Below the pieces are notes generated by a model. It searched no databases. It was not told where the DNA came from and saw only the letters and a program-made list of their open reading frames with translations. DNA of 63,990 bases, filler included, from Diploschistes diacapsis (lineage: Eukaryota): assembly GCA_023645945.1 (NCBI GenBank). It is 7 parts of 7 records of this genome, joined end to end, with 100 filler letters (N's around TTAATTAATTAA, not from the genome) between each part and the next. Parts side by side here need not be neighbours in the genome. Positions count along the whole stretch, not along the records: positions 28,057 to 37,285 come from JALAIB010001063.1; positions 37,386 to 46,612 come from JALAIB010001064.1; 5 more parts are not named here. The stretch is one strand, 5' to 3'. The translations under genes were made by a program, and so were the position numbers. Below, piece after piece: positions 29,194 to 39,749 of the stretch. Position 1 is the first letter of the stretch. Each line of letters begins with the position of its first letter.

Positions 29194-29352
29194 CTGCGCT
29201 TCGCTTAGGAATAAAAAAAGTCTACTACCAAGTCTTCGGGTTTAACAATTTATATCCGTAGCAAAACCATAAATCTCTGTGTGGATTTTCTAGCAATAAG
29301 TTCCGTAGCTCGTTCATTTGAGCCAATCCTTCTTGATATTCTTGGATTCGCG

Positions 29353-31231
29353 ATGGCAAATATATTCGAAGCACCACGGAACTCAGGGACCTTGTTCTTA
29401 GGTGGCACCAAGATAAGTGGTGCAGACATTCGGGATCAGAACGGTAAGTGCTTCCTACGGTTACCCCACAGCTTCCATGTACTATGTATCCTCTTGCTGA
29501 CCTGTGAATGGGATAGTGCTCGCAACGCAGGCGATATCAAATGTTGTCAAGAGCTCGTTCGGTCCTTCGGGGCTCGACAAGATGATGGTCGACGACATTG
29601 GAGTGAGTACGATTATGATAGGACCTTGGGATATTCGAATGCTAATTAGTGGAGGATGTAACGGTGACCAATGATGGGGCTACTATCCTTAGCCTCCTCG
29701 ACATCGAGCATCCCGCAGGCAAGATATTGGTGGACCTTGCGCAGCAGCAGGACAGAGAGGTTCGCTACTCCCCCCAAGCTTCATCGTGTCAGGCTGACCA
29801 GCGCAGGTCGGAGATGGGACTACGTCAGTTGTGCTGATAGCCTCAGAGCTTCTACGAAGAGCGAATGAGCTTATTGCACACCGGATACACCCTACCACCA
29901 TAATTACCGGCTACAGGCTCGCTTTGCGCGAAGCGGTCAAGTACATGAACGAAAACATTAGCGTCAAGGTTGACCAGCTTGGGCGAGAATCGCTGGTCAA
30001 TATTGCAAAGACCTCCATGTCCAGCAAGGTAATAGGATCGGACTCTGACTTCTTCTCAAATATGGTGGTGGACGCGATGCAAGCTGTCAAAACAACAAAT
30101 GATAGGAACGAGTCGAAATACCCAGTAAAGGCTGTCAACCTGCTTAAAGCGCACGGGAAGAGCGCGACGGAATCAACCTTGATCAAGGGTTACGCATTGA
30201 ATTGCACTGTTGCATCCCAAGCTATGAAAACACGGATAGCAGGTGCGAAAATCGCTGTACTAGACATGAACCTGCAGAAGGAACGCATGAAGTTGGGAGT
30301 TCAGATTACAGTAGAAGATCCTCAACAGCTTGAGCAAATACGGCAGAGAGAATCTGGAATGGTTGTTGAAAGAGTAGAGATGATTCTGAAGGCTGGTGCG
30401 AACGTCGTACTAACGACCAAGGGTATTGACGACATGTGCCTGAAGCTGTTCATTGAAAGAGGTGCGATGGCTGTGCGGAGATGCAAGAAGGAAGACCTCA
30501 GGCGGATAGCAAAAGCCACAGGTGCTACCATGGTTTCCACACTATCTGATCTGAACGGTGATGAAAAGTTCGAGGCTTCTTCGCTTGGTTATGCAGAAGA
30601 GGTATCACAAGAGAAGATTTCGGATGACGAATGTATCTTGGTTAAGGGTACTAAAGTCCATAGCGCGGCATCTATCATTCTGCGAGGCTCAAACGACTAT
30701 CATCTGGACGAAATGGAACGCTCAATACACGACTCCTTGTCCGCGGTGAAGAGAACTCTCGAATCTGGTAGCATCGTGCCGGGCGGAGGTGCCGTTGAAA
30801 CTGCTCTGCATATCTATCTCGAGGAATTTGCGGGCACCGTCGGCTCGAGGGAGCAGTTGGCCATTGGAGCATTTGCTGCTTCGCTTCTCGTCGTTCCGAC
30901 AACGCTACTAAACAACGCTGCCATGGACAGCACCGAGCTCGTCGCGCAGCTACGCTCACGGCACGCCCTTAGCCAGCGAATGCAGGACGGCGCTGTTTCT
31001 AACAACGAGAAAGACGTCGCAAAGCGGAAGAACTACAAGAATTATGGTTTGGATCTCTCAAAAGGTAGAGTGGTTGACAGCATCAAGGGTGGTGTCCTAG
31101 AGCCAAGTATGAGCAAGATCAAACAATTGAAGAGCGCCGTGGAGGCTTGCGTTGCCATAATGAGGATAGATACTATGATCAAGCTAGATCCAGAACAGAG
31201 AGGTGGGGAGGATGACGGTCACGGGCATTAG
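29353..31231 (+). CDS. TCP1: T-complex protein 1 alpha (CCT1); three 5' introns (~29444-29516, 29603-29654, 29760-29806)
   Basis: [56 protein letters not shown] motifs. Confidence 0.97.
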
Positions 31232-31492
31232 AGGAGGGAGACTGTTACGGAGGGAGAACTTACCTTATAGGAACTGCGATACCCAGCATCTACCACGTGC
31301 AGCACCCTTTTCTCCGAATGCTTTCAATATGCAGCGCAGACCCCTTCTGCCAGCCTTTTGGTGATAGAGTTGGCGAACGAAGACAGCATTTCTTTGTGAA
31401 AAAGCTACAAGCGAGCCGAATGGGCCTCCAATCGCGATCCGTAGGCCAGCGCAATGCAGTGCTCAAACGGGCACAAAGAATGAATCACAATG

Positions 31493-32170
31493 CTAATGCT
31501 GCGACTTCCCTCCTCTTCTGAGTTTGAACCATTTAGCGAGAACAGCGCCTGTCTTGATAGTCCTCCCCGCCCAGACTCTTTCGCCGCCTAAAGACCGCAG
31601 ACCTCCATTTAGGATGGGGATGCGCTCTTCGAATCTGGTTGCGCTCTGATCATTCGACTCCCCCACATCCTGCAATGTCGAAGTCTCTATGATCTGTAGT
31701 TTGAGACGGTGCTGGAATGCGGCATCGACAGCTACAGCCACGGTCCGCGAGATTCCCTGGGCGCTGAATTCATTCGTATATCGATGGAGCTCCAACAGAT
31801 TAAGAATCACCAGATTTTGGCTCGCGAACGTTGGCAGTCCTTGCCGGTTTAGAGCAGACAGATAGGCTCGTAGATGCATCAGAGTTGAGGCAAATGCAAG
31901 CCGTATGTTCCTAGATCTTGCAATAACCTTTATTGTAGGACTCAGAAGCGGTGGAAGTGCTGTTCCACGCTCCTCTCCATTCTTTTCGGCTCCTGTAACG
32001 TTGTAATCGTAAGGCGGAGCAAATTCCGAGGAGAGGTTGTGGAGGAAATCCTCATGACTGGAGCCGACCACGACAAGCATCGGCTTTTGCTTTGACAGCA
32101 GATGCTCAATGCATTCAGTAAGTGACTTGAACTCGATTGCAGTCGAAGACTCGATATCTGCGCTGGCCAT
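31493..32170 (-). CDS. Hypothetical protein, 225 aa, intronless
   Basis: Clean ATG-initiated ORF with globular composition, lying between CCT1 and AP-3 beta. Confidence 0.75.
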   Translation of the reverse strand: MASADIESSTAIEFKSLTECIEHLLSKQKPMLVVVGSSHEDFLHNLSSEFAPPYDYNVTGAEKNGEERGTALPPLLSPTIKVIARSRNIRLAFASTLMHLRAYLSALNRQGLPTFASQNLVILNLLELHRYTNEFSAQGISRTVAVAVDAAFQHRLKLQIIETSTLQDVGESNDQSATRFEERIPILNGGLRSLGGERVWAGRTIKTGAVLAKWFKLRRGGKSQH

Positions 32171-32496
32171 CTAGGGGAAGTGGCCACAAAATCCGATAAC
32201 GAGTTGAGTATCATTTACCATGCACACAACTGCAATATCCAACGATAAAAAGAGTTTTACCGAGTTTTTACTAGATACTCGAATCAAACGGAATCATATT
32301 TGACGCCAACGTATTGCGAGGTTTGCAAGGCACGACACAGATGATACATTCGGTTGTCGATAATCCTCTAACGTTTGATGGCTCTGGAAGCCTTTGAAAT
32401 TCCATCACCTACATAGTTCATGGTGCTGCATTGCCCGTCCCTCGCTGATAGAAGATATTGAAAATTGAATTTTCAATCACTAAGCTTCAACCAAAG

Positions 32497-35031
32497 ATGG
32501 AGAGTGTTTCACGGTTATCGTCGATGCTGGAAACTGGTAAGTCATGTTAATAGTCGAAAGAAACTTCTGGGGCTTACGACATCAAGCACGCGATTTGACG
32601 ATCGAGGCAGCCCAGTCCGCTGGATCTACGAGAGGCTATGGCCCTCGATCAGTGCCTCGAGAGTTGAACTTCACCCAAGTCAGAAAGCTACTCGAGAGTC
32701 GCTTCGATAAGGAAGTTCTTGATGGCCTCCGCAAAGTCATCTCGGTACGACACTCGCAACTCTTTACTACTTCGGGATATTCATTGATACAGGTAGATGA
32801 TGTACCACTCCAACCAATCTCTTCCCTATTTCTCTGCCGTCGTTAAAAACGTGGCCAGTCCCAATGTTGAGATCAAGAAGCTGGTGTACATCTACATACT
32901 CCACCATGCAGAATCCGAACCAGACCTTGCCTTACTCTCTATCAACGCAATCCAAAAGTCTCTCTCAGATCAAAACCCACAGGTCCGAGCTCTGGCTCTA
33001 CGGGTAATGTCTGGCATTCGAGTGCCAGTGATCAGCGCGATAGTGACGCTTGCCATCAAGAAAGGATGCGGTGACATGAGTCCCCTTGTGAGGAAAGCCG
33101 CAGCGCTAGCTATACCAAAATGTTACAGACTCGACCCAAGCACCCTCCCTCAGCTGCTCGACTATATCACACAACTACTAGGAGACAAACAGTACTTCGT
33201 TGTTGGCTCTGCGGTGACGGCGTTTTTGGAGGTTTGTCCGGAACGAATAGACCTAATACACAAGCACTACCGAAGCCTGGTGAAGCAGCTGATAGATATG
33301 GATGAATGGGGACAGCTTGCAATGATCAAGTTAATGACGTACTACGCGCGGAAATGCTTTCCTCGGCGGCCACTGAAGAAGAAAGGCAAATCGAAAGAGC
33401 AATTCTACGATGACCAGCAGGCATCGCAAGGATGCGAGAAAAGTGAAAACAATGACGCGACAGAACTCGATCCTGACCTCAAACTGTATCTGGACTCTTG
33501 TAAGCCGCTCCTAAACAGCCGTAATGCAGCTGTTGTGATTGCCGTTACACGATCCTTTCTATATTTGGGTACGCCAGATTATCTGGATTTTACCGCAGGT
33601 CCGCTTGTTGCTCTATTAAGAAGTCCCCATGATCTTCACGAGCTGCTATTTTACAATATCGTGAGCGTTTGCCTGTGTCGACCGACGGCGTTCGTCCCAT
33701 ACTCGAGCCATTTCTTGGTTAAAGCAACCGACTCCATCAGCGTGCTCCGACTAAAGCTCGAGCTGCTCACGCTACTATTTCCACAATGCGATGAGAGCCT
33801 AAAGGGACTCATCCTGAGCGAGCTGGAACATTTTACGAAATCAGACAACAGGGAACTTGTCCAGGAGAGCGTACGGTCAATTGGAAGGTGCGCCCAAAGC
33901 GATTCACGAACGTCCAAAAGATGCATGAATATTTTGTTACAGCAAGCAGCAAGTCCGGATGAAATTCTTATCGCCGAAGCTCTGACGGTGGTAAGGCACC
34001 TCATTCAGCAAGATCCCTCGTCACACGAGAAGACGATCATCCGCCTCGCAAAGAACCTAGACTCCATGATCAATCCAAAGGCAAGAGCCAGCATCATCTG
34101 GCTTGTTGGGGAATATGCCAGTCCGAACGAAGAGGACGACATTGCACCTGACGTCCTGCGGATACTCCTTCAGAACTTTGCGGACGAGGCTGAGACAACA
34201 AAGCTACAGATTGCGCTTCTCGGAGCGAAAGTCTATCTACGTTACCTAAACAGAGCTGCCGCTGTCCATAAGGATGACCATGGCAACTCGAAGGCAACAG
34301 TGGAAAGTGAGAGTCCTACGCAACCGGGTGAGAGTAGCACAGCAGAAGAGTCACCGCTGCAGTCGGAACCCAAGGCAGAGCATCGAATTACGCAGTTATG
34401 GCAGCACCTTCTGCTACTAGTACGGTACGATACCTCATACGATCTGAGAGATCGCGCAAGGATGTATGCAGCTCTACTTGAGAATCCTTCGTCCACGCAG
34501 CTAGCGAGCCTCATGCTCCTTGCGCCGAAGCCTGCGCCGCATGTGTCGAGCCCCTCAGAAGGCCGGAGAAACTTCTTACTGGGGTCTGCAACTTTGGCGA
34601 TAGGTCCAAAGTCAGGACCAGGGGGTCTCCGTGGGTATGAGCCGTTACAGGACTGGGTGCAGGACGGAGATGAGCCGGATCCGGCATTGAGAGATACAGC
34701 AGAAGCTCGCAATGACACATATGGCTCGAAAGCCAGACCTGCTGCGGATATGCTAGATATAGTGCTGAGGCAGAAAGAAGGTGCAAGCGTATCAGCTACG
34801 AGCAGCGCCAAGAAGAACAAGACACTGGATGACTGGCTCGCTGAAGACGAGGGAGGGCCGGCGACAGAGGCTGAAGAGTCGGAAGAGGACTACGAAGAAG
34901 AGGAAGGAGAAGGAAGCGACGAGTACGAGACCGAGACAGAAGACGAAGAAGAAGAGGAGGAGGAGGAGGAAGAGGGGGATGAATTTAGCGGCTATGGAAA
35001 AGGTGATGAAGGTCGTATACTCTTGAAATAA
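32497..35031 (+). CDS. APL6: AP-3 adaptor complex beta subunit; introns ~32537-32587 and 32745-32797
   Basis: MESVSRLSSMLE start; FSAVVKNVASPNVEIKKLVYIY, LALLSINAIQKSLSD, DMDEWGQL, YDTSYDLRDRAR; acidic tail. Confidence 0.95.
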
Positions 35032-35370
35032 GAAATAATTAACAGGACTTCCTTAACTTTCGATCTGATATTCTCTCCTGTTAGAGCCGGCACGGCACTA
35101 CTTTAATCCATTGCTTACATACTTATGCCAAGCTTTTCTCACAAGAAACTTGGCAGAAAATAGACCAATTATGTTGAGCGGTTTCCAGCCAGCTCCTGTC
35201 GCTCTTTTGCAGCTCCAACCACAGCCTGCACCTTTCCCTTTCGCTGATTTTCCTTCATCATCTCACCTGTGTTACGAACATTCAGCTCTAAGCTGAAACC
35301 GCACTATATTCCCTATATCAATTGTGATATAGACATTGCTTACCTCACCCATTGCTTAGACCCCACCAGA

Positions 35371-36228
35371 ATGGATCTCTCAAACAGCTTGTAAGCTCTC
35401 GCTCAACTTCCGTCACATCAAGGCTTCTGCCAGCTAGACTCCAGGAACAGGAGCCAGGGCACCAGCCTCCGCACAATGAGAACAAAATAGGCTAATTTGT
35501 TGTACCAATAGCCGGATAGCCAACCTCGTCGTTGGCGCCCTAATGATTGTTGGCGCAATTGGCAAGATTATTACTCACGTATGTCCCCATTCCATCCTCA
35601 CGCACCTCCTGTGCAGTCCACCTGCGGCGGCACCAGTCGCGCGCACAGGAAACAGTCCTTCAAACCTTTCTCACGAGCAATCTTGCTAATACCTTCTCTT
35701 CCGGTAGCCCCCATTGTACGTCTCCAATCCCAAGACACCTGCCGCCCGCCAAGGGCTTCTCCTGCGCCACCTATATGCCACCACATAAGCGCGGGTAAGA
35801 TAGCTAACCACCATTACTCGAAACAATCAGCCAGGAAATAATCGAAGGCGTCTACATCATCATCTTTGGCCTGGTGACCGCCGGCCTCGAGTTCCAGATC
35901 CCTCCGCAAGTAGCCCGCTATGCGAGCTTCATGTTTAGCTTCATCGGGCGCGGAATCTGTACGTCTCCGTCTTCTTCCCTCTACAAGCACTGCCCAATCC
36001 GTACCCGCCCAACCTTTACATCGACCCCGCATGCTAATCCTTCGCGCAGTCTACATCTTCGTCGGCACCCTCACGTTCGCCAAATTTTGGGGCCCGACGG
36101 GCTACCTCATCGGGGCCATCGTCGGCCTGGTCGGCGTCGGCTACGTCGTGCTCGAGTTTCTGCCGCAGATCGAGCCGCCGTCGAACATGCGCGAGGCGGA
36201 TGCCGGGTGGGGCGCTGAGCAGGTTTAA
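35371..36228 (+). CDS. TVP15: Golgi membrane protein Tvp15 (COPI-associated family); exons ~35371-35390, 35512-35578, 35708-35715, 35831-35958, ~36050-36228
   Basis: Spliced product MDLSNSFRIANLVVG...LEFQIPPQVARYASFMFSFIGRGIFYIFVG...IEPPSNMREADAGWGAEQV. Confidence 0.88.
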
Positions 36229-37285
36229 AAGGTAGGAAGAAGGGCGGCACTGGTGAGGTTGACGGAGGTGGATGTGATAGTGGTGCGAAGGGGGGAGGTG
36301 TATGCTGGAGGAGGAGCCGGAGAGCAGGATGGTGAGCCAACAGGGAGAGGGGATCAAAGGCCGAAGGGAGTTGAGGCGGGCGCGGGAACGAAAGCTTTTT
36401 GGAGGGGTGGGCGTCTACGTTTCTCTGTAAGTTATACTACCGAGCGAGGCAGGGGGAGGCCGCGTCTGTCTATATGGCTTTATGTGGTCCTATGGTGCGG
36501 TTCGTTGGAGTCTCGGCGCGCCCTTCGAACCTCCAGGTCTGTCTGTCTCTGTCTGTCTGCGTTGTGCTGCATTAGGTAGGGAGGGAGGGGCCGGCACGCG
36601 TGTAATCACAAGAAAGACGGGCTTTTTACTTGATCCGCTTATATACTCCGTATTATCCTTCCTATTCTATCTTCATTCTCCAGCTCGTGAGCTTACAAGC
36701 TCACGAGACCACGGGCTCGCCCTATCCCTCTGTGATCCTAGGATTCTAAAAAAGGATACCGATGTCCCCTCCCCGCCTTTATCCGTTGGCGGTAATGAGA
36801 TCGGGCGCCGGCAAAGCACACGGCAACTCGTCCAAGATGCTCTGTACACCATGAAGCTTCCGACCATCTAATCGCCCTTCATCCCATTTCTTCATTTCAC
36901 CTTTTTTTTTTTACCCCCCGGGGGGGGGGAGAGGGAGAGGGTGAGAGCTGGGTGGTTTGTGTGGTCCACGGTCTATGGTCTACGTATCCAACGGCATCGA
37001 CAGCAATGCACCAGACCCCGTCGGAGCGTTTCGTTCGTTCGTTCGCGTCTGCTGGACGGTTACCACACACTCGCTCGCTCGCTCGTATCTACCGCCCGTA
37101 CGATTTAAAGGATAGGGTGCGTATGAGTTCTTCCGCCCCGCCGGCGGGGGGCGAGTATTTGGTCTGTTGCTGTGGCCCCGGAATAAATACTAGGATTGTT
37201 TTTTCTTTTTTTTTTTGAGCGATGCACCTTGTTCACGTGGTGTACTTTTTTTGGGCTGGAGGGGGGCGGTGGGACTGGGATAGCG

Positions 37286-37385
37286 NNNNNNNNNNNNNNN
37301 NNNNNNNNNNNNNNNNNNNNNNNNNNNNNTTAATTAATTAANNNNNNNNNNNNNNNNNNNNNNNNNNNNNNNNNNNNNNNNNNNN
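37286..37385. other. Artificial contig linker
   Basis: Same 100-nt spacer. Confidence 0.99.
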
Positions 37386-38147
37386 AGGAGGAGGAGGAGG
37401 AGGAATACAAGCTCAGCATTCATCAACAAATCAAACGAAAGCAGCTGAAGCTGACAAGCAAAGCCCCGTTGATATAAAAGGCAATGCACCGGCACAGACA
37501 GCCATCGAACTCCAGCAACTCCCAAGAGACCAGTGAGCTTATCGTAACCAAAAAACAGAAAAAGTGGGGTCCACCATCAAATGAACAATTCACAATGTAA
37601 CAAAGTGCCCTCTAGCCAAAGCAGAAATCCAAACGAAGCATGATTGAGAATGATGCATAGCTTAAGTTTTGTTGTGAAATACTCACTGGTCTAAGGTGAT
37701 TTAGTCAGTTATATGTTGATTTGGCTAATGACTTTCACGAAGTCAGTCCGCGATTCTCCTGACTCGATTTCTTGTGCGAGGGGTTTCAAGACGATGGGTT
37801 AGGAAATCTGTTTAATACTTATTTAATCATGCGCTCGCTACACTGGATCTGGTATCATGATAGAGATGAAATTCTGATGTGAGGCGGTGGTGGTGGCGAT
37901 GCTGATGCTGATGTAGATGCTGATGCTCGTTGAAGGAGGGGCTTTTCTGCTCACTTCACGTGACATATGCTGATCATCCGATTCTGATTCCCCAAAGTAC
38001 CAAAGACCCCAATTATTATCCGTCTGCCAATAAGTCTAATAATTATATCGTTTCTGAGCTCTTCGGTCTGCAGCACAAATCTCAGAAAATCGTGGCGCGG
38101 CAAAAGATGTCTCAGCGCCGCGTCAACGACAATTGGACTGAGACATA

Positions 38148-38253
38148 CAGTCAGGTGCCAAAAGTAGTTAGGTACACCATAAGCGGCAGCAAATAAACAG
38201 TCAACTCTTTACTGCCGCTTATGGTGTACCTAACTACTTTTGGCCTAGTACTG
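38148..38253. mobile_element. 106-bp Tc1/mariner-type MITE
   Basis: TA|CAGT...ACTG|TA; perfect 33-bp inverted arms at 38157-38189 and 38212-38244. Confidence 0.8.
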
Positions 38254-38533
38254 TATGAGACCGTTGTGCCTATCCTGATATACTCAATCGAGAAGGTTTC
38301 ATCCAGTCCAGCAGTCTAACGTCTTTCCCTATGTGGCGAAAACTGTTAGTGTTGAAAATGGAAGTGGGATCACTAAATACGCAGGAATGACTAGTGAAAT
38401 ATAAATGCTAAATTGCTTGCATAAATACGATAATAATTATTATTGTAGGAGGTAATGAATGTAGATGAAGGTAGCACTAATAAAGATGGGAGGTGAGAGG
38501 TGTTTTATAGACACATTTCACCTAACTAGCGCT

Positions 38534-38678
38534 TAGTGATCAATAATACATTAATCTCCATTAAATGTTGGATTTATAATCCAACATTATTCAACCCATA
38601 ATCCAATATAATAATGGATCTAACTATCCAACACGTATTAGATCCACGGTCCAAATCCTCCCTAATAGTCCATAACTA
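38534..38678. mobile_element. 145-bp hAT-type MITE or deletion derivative
   Basis: 8-bp flanking direct repeat CTAGCGCT (38526-38533) / CTAGTGCT (38679-38686); ends TAGTGAT / ATAACTA; internal ATCCAA/TTGGAT repeats. Confidence 0.6.
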
Positions 38679-39175
38679 CTAGTGCTGGACTAGCTAGTTC
38701 CTGCCTTCGCCGGTGTCGCTGGTGGCGACACGATGCCCACCAGGCATCCACCCACTTGTTGCTATAAAGGCTCGCTGGCCCCACTTAGCTTATTGCAATC
38801 TATCTTCATTCCACCCATAAATTTGACCCCCCTACAACAAGGATATTCAACTGTTGTTAATAGAACCTTCAGGGTCCCACTAGTGACTAATTAGTCAGAC
38901 AGACTAACCCATTTAGGTTAATAATCTGATAGTATCTAAACCCGGCGACTTGGCCATAGCAGCTGAAATGGCTTGGCGTTGATGAATCATTTGGGCCAGA
39001 CAATAGACGCACATCAGGCCTCCTGCTATCACTACAACTTGTACTCGATGATTTATGCAGTTCATCCATACAATTCCTGAATGCCTATTCGTACTCCTTC
39101 TATTCCTTTTCTTTTTCTTCTTCTCCTTCTTCTTCTACTGCTTCTCTTCACGATCTTTGCTCCTTCTGCTCGTGT

Positions 39176-39182
39176 GCTGCTC

Positions 39183-39214
<32 letters not shown>
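39176..39214. repeat. (GCT)n microsatellite
   Basis: Read directly. Confidence 0.9.
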
Positions 39215-39216
<2 letters not shown>

Positions 39217-39749
39217 CGCGACTGCGCGCCGCATCCATCCATCGATCGATCAACTGGCCCATCCGGCCCACTCCCCCTTCCAATATCTGGGCCCCTTTCC
39301 CACAGCTCCCCGACACACACCGCCCGTCGGGGCAAAAATCGCTCATATAAAAAATATCATCCATTATGCCCTCTGCTTCCAGTATGTTTACTGTATGGGC
39401 TGGCTCCTTTAGAGACCGCTGCTACTCCTCCTGCTGCTGCTGGCCACGCTGTAAGTGCCATAGGAGAGTGAAACGAGCCGCGCCCTCGTCCCCCATCCTT
39501 TCCTTTCCTTCCTTTCTTTTCCCTCTTTTCTCCCCTCCTGCTCTTTCTCACTCTTTCTCCCTCTGCCCTCCCCCATTTCCCTAGGTCGTGCCCCTCTTTG
39601 GGCGTGCCCGGGACCCTGTATAAGGACTGTCCCCCTCCTGCGTCTTCTCCTTTCCTTTCTCCTCTGCCCTCTTCCGCTACACAGACACCGAGGAGAAAAA
39701 AATTTCTTGTGTTACTGTTCCACTCATCTCTACGCCTCTCCTTTCCAGA

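Noticed and set aside
39055..39471. Poly-Cys/Leu/Gln ORFs
   Set aside because: Translations of (GCT)n and CT-rich microsatellites upstream of the ATPase
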